A stretch of DNA of 64,000 nucleotides. It comes from Harriotta raleighana (lineage: Eukaryota). The translations under genes were made by a program, and so were the position numbers. The stretch covers positions 3,902,801-3,966,800 of the forward strand of contig JBNZDD010013686.1 in NCBI GenBank assembly GCA_050575255.1, written 5' to 3'. A model generated the notes under the pieces. It saw nothing but the letters and a program-made list of their open reading frames with translations, ran no database searches and was not told the DNA's origin. Each line of letters opens with the position of its first letter. Position 1 is the stretch's first letter. Shown here piece by piece: positions 61,264 through 64,000 of the stretch.

Positions 61264-63955
61264 AACAGGAATCTCAGTACAGTATATTTGTGAGAAAGAA
61301 TGGAATAGGGAGGTGCTGGGCAGTTGGACTTCGGAGGTGGGGGAGAAGACTCATGCAATATAAACAGCATAAACTAGTTTGGGATAAATGTCCTTGACTT
61401 GTAATTCCACAGTTTTCAAGCGTAGACTCTATAAAGCAGATCACTCAACAAATATTATAACAGGACAGATTGTACATTAGCATTAGAATCAGAGTGTATT
61501 GTGCAGTTACTTATTTGAAAATAAGAGATGTTAGCAGCAACCACGGACGTGGTCCTTGGCATCTTATAGAGCAGTATGTCCAGAATAGGCAATGATGATA
61601 GCAGACACAGAGCTGGAAAGTCAAGGCTTTTAACAATCACCTTTGATTTGAATGCCTTTTCACGAAAGAGAATTTAGCTTTTGTGAAGATCCCAATGACT
61701 TCTGAGATCATTGTGAAGTAAGGTTTTATCAAACTCTTGGCAGGCTCGCTCTGTCTGCCACCGAACATCATTGTTGTACTAATTAGATTGCTTTCTAAGC
61801 ATCTAGAACCTTGTTTTGCCAATAGAAATTTCCGAGTTGGGAGTAAGAAATTCACCATCAAACACCAGGCTTTTCAGTGACGCAAAGTCTCCATTTGAAG
61901 ACTCAGAATAAGCTGAGAGTAGGCCTTAATGTTTTATCATTGCATCTCACCTCATTATATAACAGCTTTAAAGTATGACATTTCCTGGGCCTCCCATTGT
62001 AACCTGGAGTCAGTTCATTCTGACACAGTGTTGAAAAGTCTTGACAATTACAAAGCAGCAAATTGACACTTAAAACAGAAAGGGGAATAGAAACATACAT
62101 AAACGTGTGTTGCTTGATAGTTCAGCACCTCTGATTTGCGCACTTATGAAACAGCTTGAAAGCTACTCCCAAACCATTAGTTCTTCAGCAACCTTGCAGC
62201 AATATGGGTGGGCACTTTCTGTTCTCGCTAGGTTGCATCTCAATCTCTCACGTCGCATTGTCTGCAAGACTGCTGATGAGCAAATGAAGCTGCTGCCCTG
62301 ATTTGACCTTTAGCACTGGATTAAAATTCCCCAACTGGTTTCCACAGCAACCTTACCTAGAAAATTAGATCTTTGAAGGAGCAGGAAGAAAGCTAAAACT
62401 CTTTGAGTAGCAATGAACTCTGGAAGAGGGTTGTTTCCAATTGGCAATGACATGTTCCTAATTGAAATAATCTGGTGAGCTTTGCCTGAGAGAGGAAAAA
62501 AAATTGTTTGTTGAGGGGTGGGGAGGAGAAAGCTTCTTACTTACAAATGATGAGGGCTTTTTAGAAAAACAGCGAAAGATCAGCCTTGATTAGAAGTGAA
62601 GCACACTTTTTATTCCACCATGATTTTAAATCAGCTTAGGCATGCAGTCTCAAGCACTGATGTAGAGACTGAGATATAAAAGGTGGCAACAGGCCAAGCT
62701 AAATAGTCAGGCATTTAGAGGCCAAACCCAGAAGACTGATGCCCCAGGCTAAATGTGCAATCGCAATGGTACCAGGGTCTGAATGGTGGCTGGCTTTAAA
62801 TCACACGCTACCTATTACCAACTCTGTAGGAGACTGCACAAAGAACCTTTTAGAAGTGCTGAGGCTGACCTCAAGGGTTATGGCCACAATTCATTCTGCA
62901 GCTTGATCGGGAGCTCGTAGCTGTGCAACGATAAACTAACATGCGTCTTTCATAAAGAACAAATGTAGAGCGTATTTTAACCTCCTCTGAAGTCTGAAGT
63001 TGCAGGGTATGAAATGGAGACCTGCCTGCTATATGTCACGAAGCGCTGTGTGGACTTTTTCTCTCCCCCCTCCACCCCTTTTTCAATATAAACTGAACTA
63101 AACTGGTTTCTGCTGCTCTTCATTTTATAAAAATAAACTTATTTAAAGCAGGTTTTTCTTCCAAATCACTGCAATTTGTGAATTAAATGAAATATCATCT
63201 ATCATTATTTAAGGGAACAATTGCACAAAAAGCATTTTTTTGTTTGATACTCTATCTTGATTTGGTGGGAATTGTGCTTGATCTCTGACCTCCAGTAAGA
63301 AGACTCCAACAGTTGCTTGCGACATGTGTGTTTCAATTGCTTTAAATCTTATTTAGTCTTTTTTTGCTCTCTCAAACGTCACTGCATTTCAGTTTGATTT
63401 TTCCAAATCAGTATTTTTCATTGGCCTTGTTTCGTTATTCCAAAATTTTCATCTCTCTTCGTTGTGGTTGATTCCTGCATACTTTTTGTTCGAGCAGAAG
63501 ATACACCCACCCAGCCTGTACACCTTGATAACATGATAAGGCGGCTTTTTTGGTCTTGTTTTCTCAGTTTGCTGGTTTTAGTCCCAACTTCATTTTCCCA
63601 AGTTTCTGGTCTCGTTTCCTATTTGTCTTTCCCTTCCCCCACCCTTACAAGATTCAAATTTCTTCAACACTGGGATCTTCGGGATTGTTTTGGAGCTGAT
63701 GCCAAATGTTGGCGTTTGCACCTGCAGCTTGATTATGTTTCACACGCAGCCCTTGGGACAGGGGAGAACCATGTGCTCATTATCACGTTGGTCACTCCAG
63801 CAGATCTGGAGGGAGGGAGGTAGGGAGGCAGAATCCAGCTGGGATAAGGGCTCAATTAGTGCAACTTTCAAATTCTTTGACAACCAGGATTTTTTTTCTC
63901 TCCTCCCTGTAAACTGAACTGCTGTTGACCTTGGTTTTTTTTTGGGTTACTTTAG

Positions 63956-64000
63956 AATAATAATCTTTGCTTTTGACATAGCGCCTTTCCTGCCAGGAGA
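63956..64000 (-). mobile_element. SINE/L2-type 3' tail running off the window
   Basis: aataataatctttgcttttgacatagcgcctttc. Confidence 0.6.

Noticed and set aside
57320-64000. Next AFF exon (MLEDDLKLSS...)
   Set aside because: Searched by eye and found no matching coding sequence; it presumably lies beyond the window.
1-64000. Intact hammerhead ribozyme at + strand CTGATGA sites (e.g. 7329, 27516, 46316, 62273)
   Set aside because: None is followed by a stem II and GAAA with compatible stems I/III.

Overview
AT-rich vertebrate genomic DNA, almost all intronic. The repeats (tRNA-derived Deu-domain SINEs, SacSINE1-like SINEs, L2 and CR1 LINE fragments, Penelope-type terminal fragments) point to a cartilaginous fish, most likely the elephant shark Callorhinchus milii (inference). 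The window lies inside a + strand AF4/FMR2 (AFF) family gene, best read as AFF2/FMR2. Four small coding exons have canonical AG/GT boundaries: 43110-43154 (45 nt), 55803-55889 (87 nt), 56989-57025 (37 nt) and 57268-57319 (52 nt). They splice in one open frame to [74 protein letters not shown], the central segment containing the ELL-binding motif of super-elongation-complex scaffolds. The first 43 kb is one large intron, and the next expected exon (MLEDDLKLSS-like) was not found in the window. Almost all ORFs in the supplied track are spurious or LINE remnants. Two duplications flank single N bases and look like assembly overlaps. The best leads are: an AFF1/AFF4-like intact ELL-binding motif in an AFF2-like gene; candidate internal first exons; an inverted L2 pair around three exons; a degenerate ~37-bp GATA-rich array; a templated insertion inside an L2; and decayed hammerhead-ribozyme relics. 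I found no prokaryotic-type system and nothing I can call a new biological system with confidence. All comparisons with human proteins and repeat consensuses are from memory and need database confirmation.
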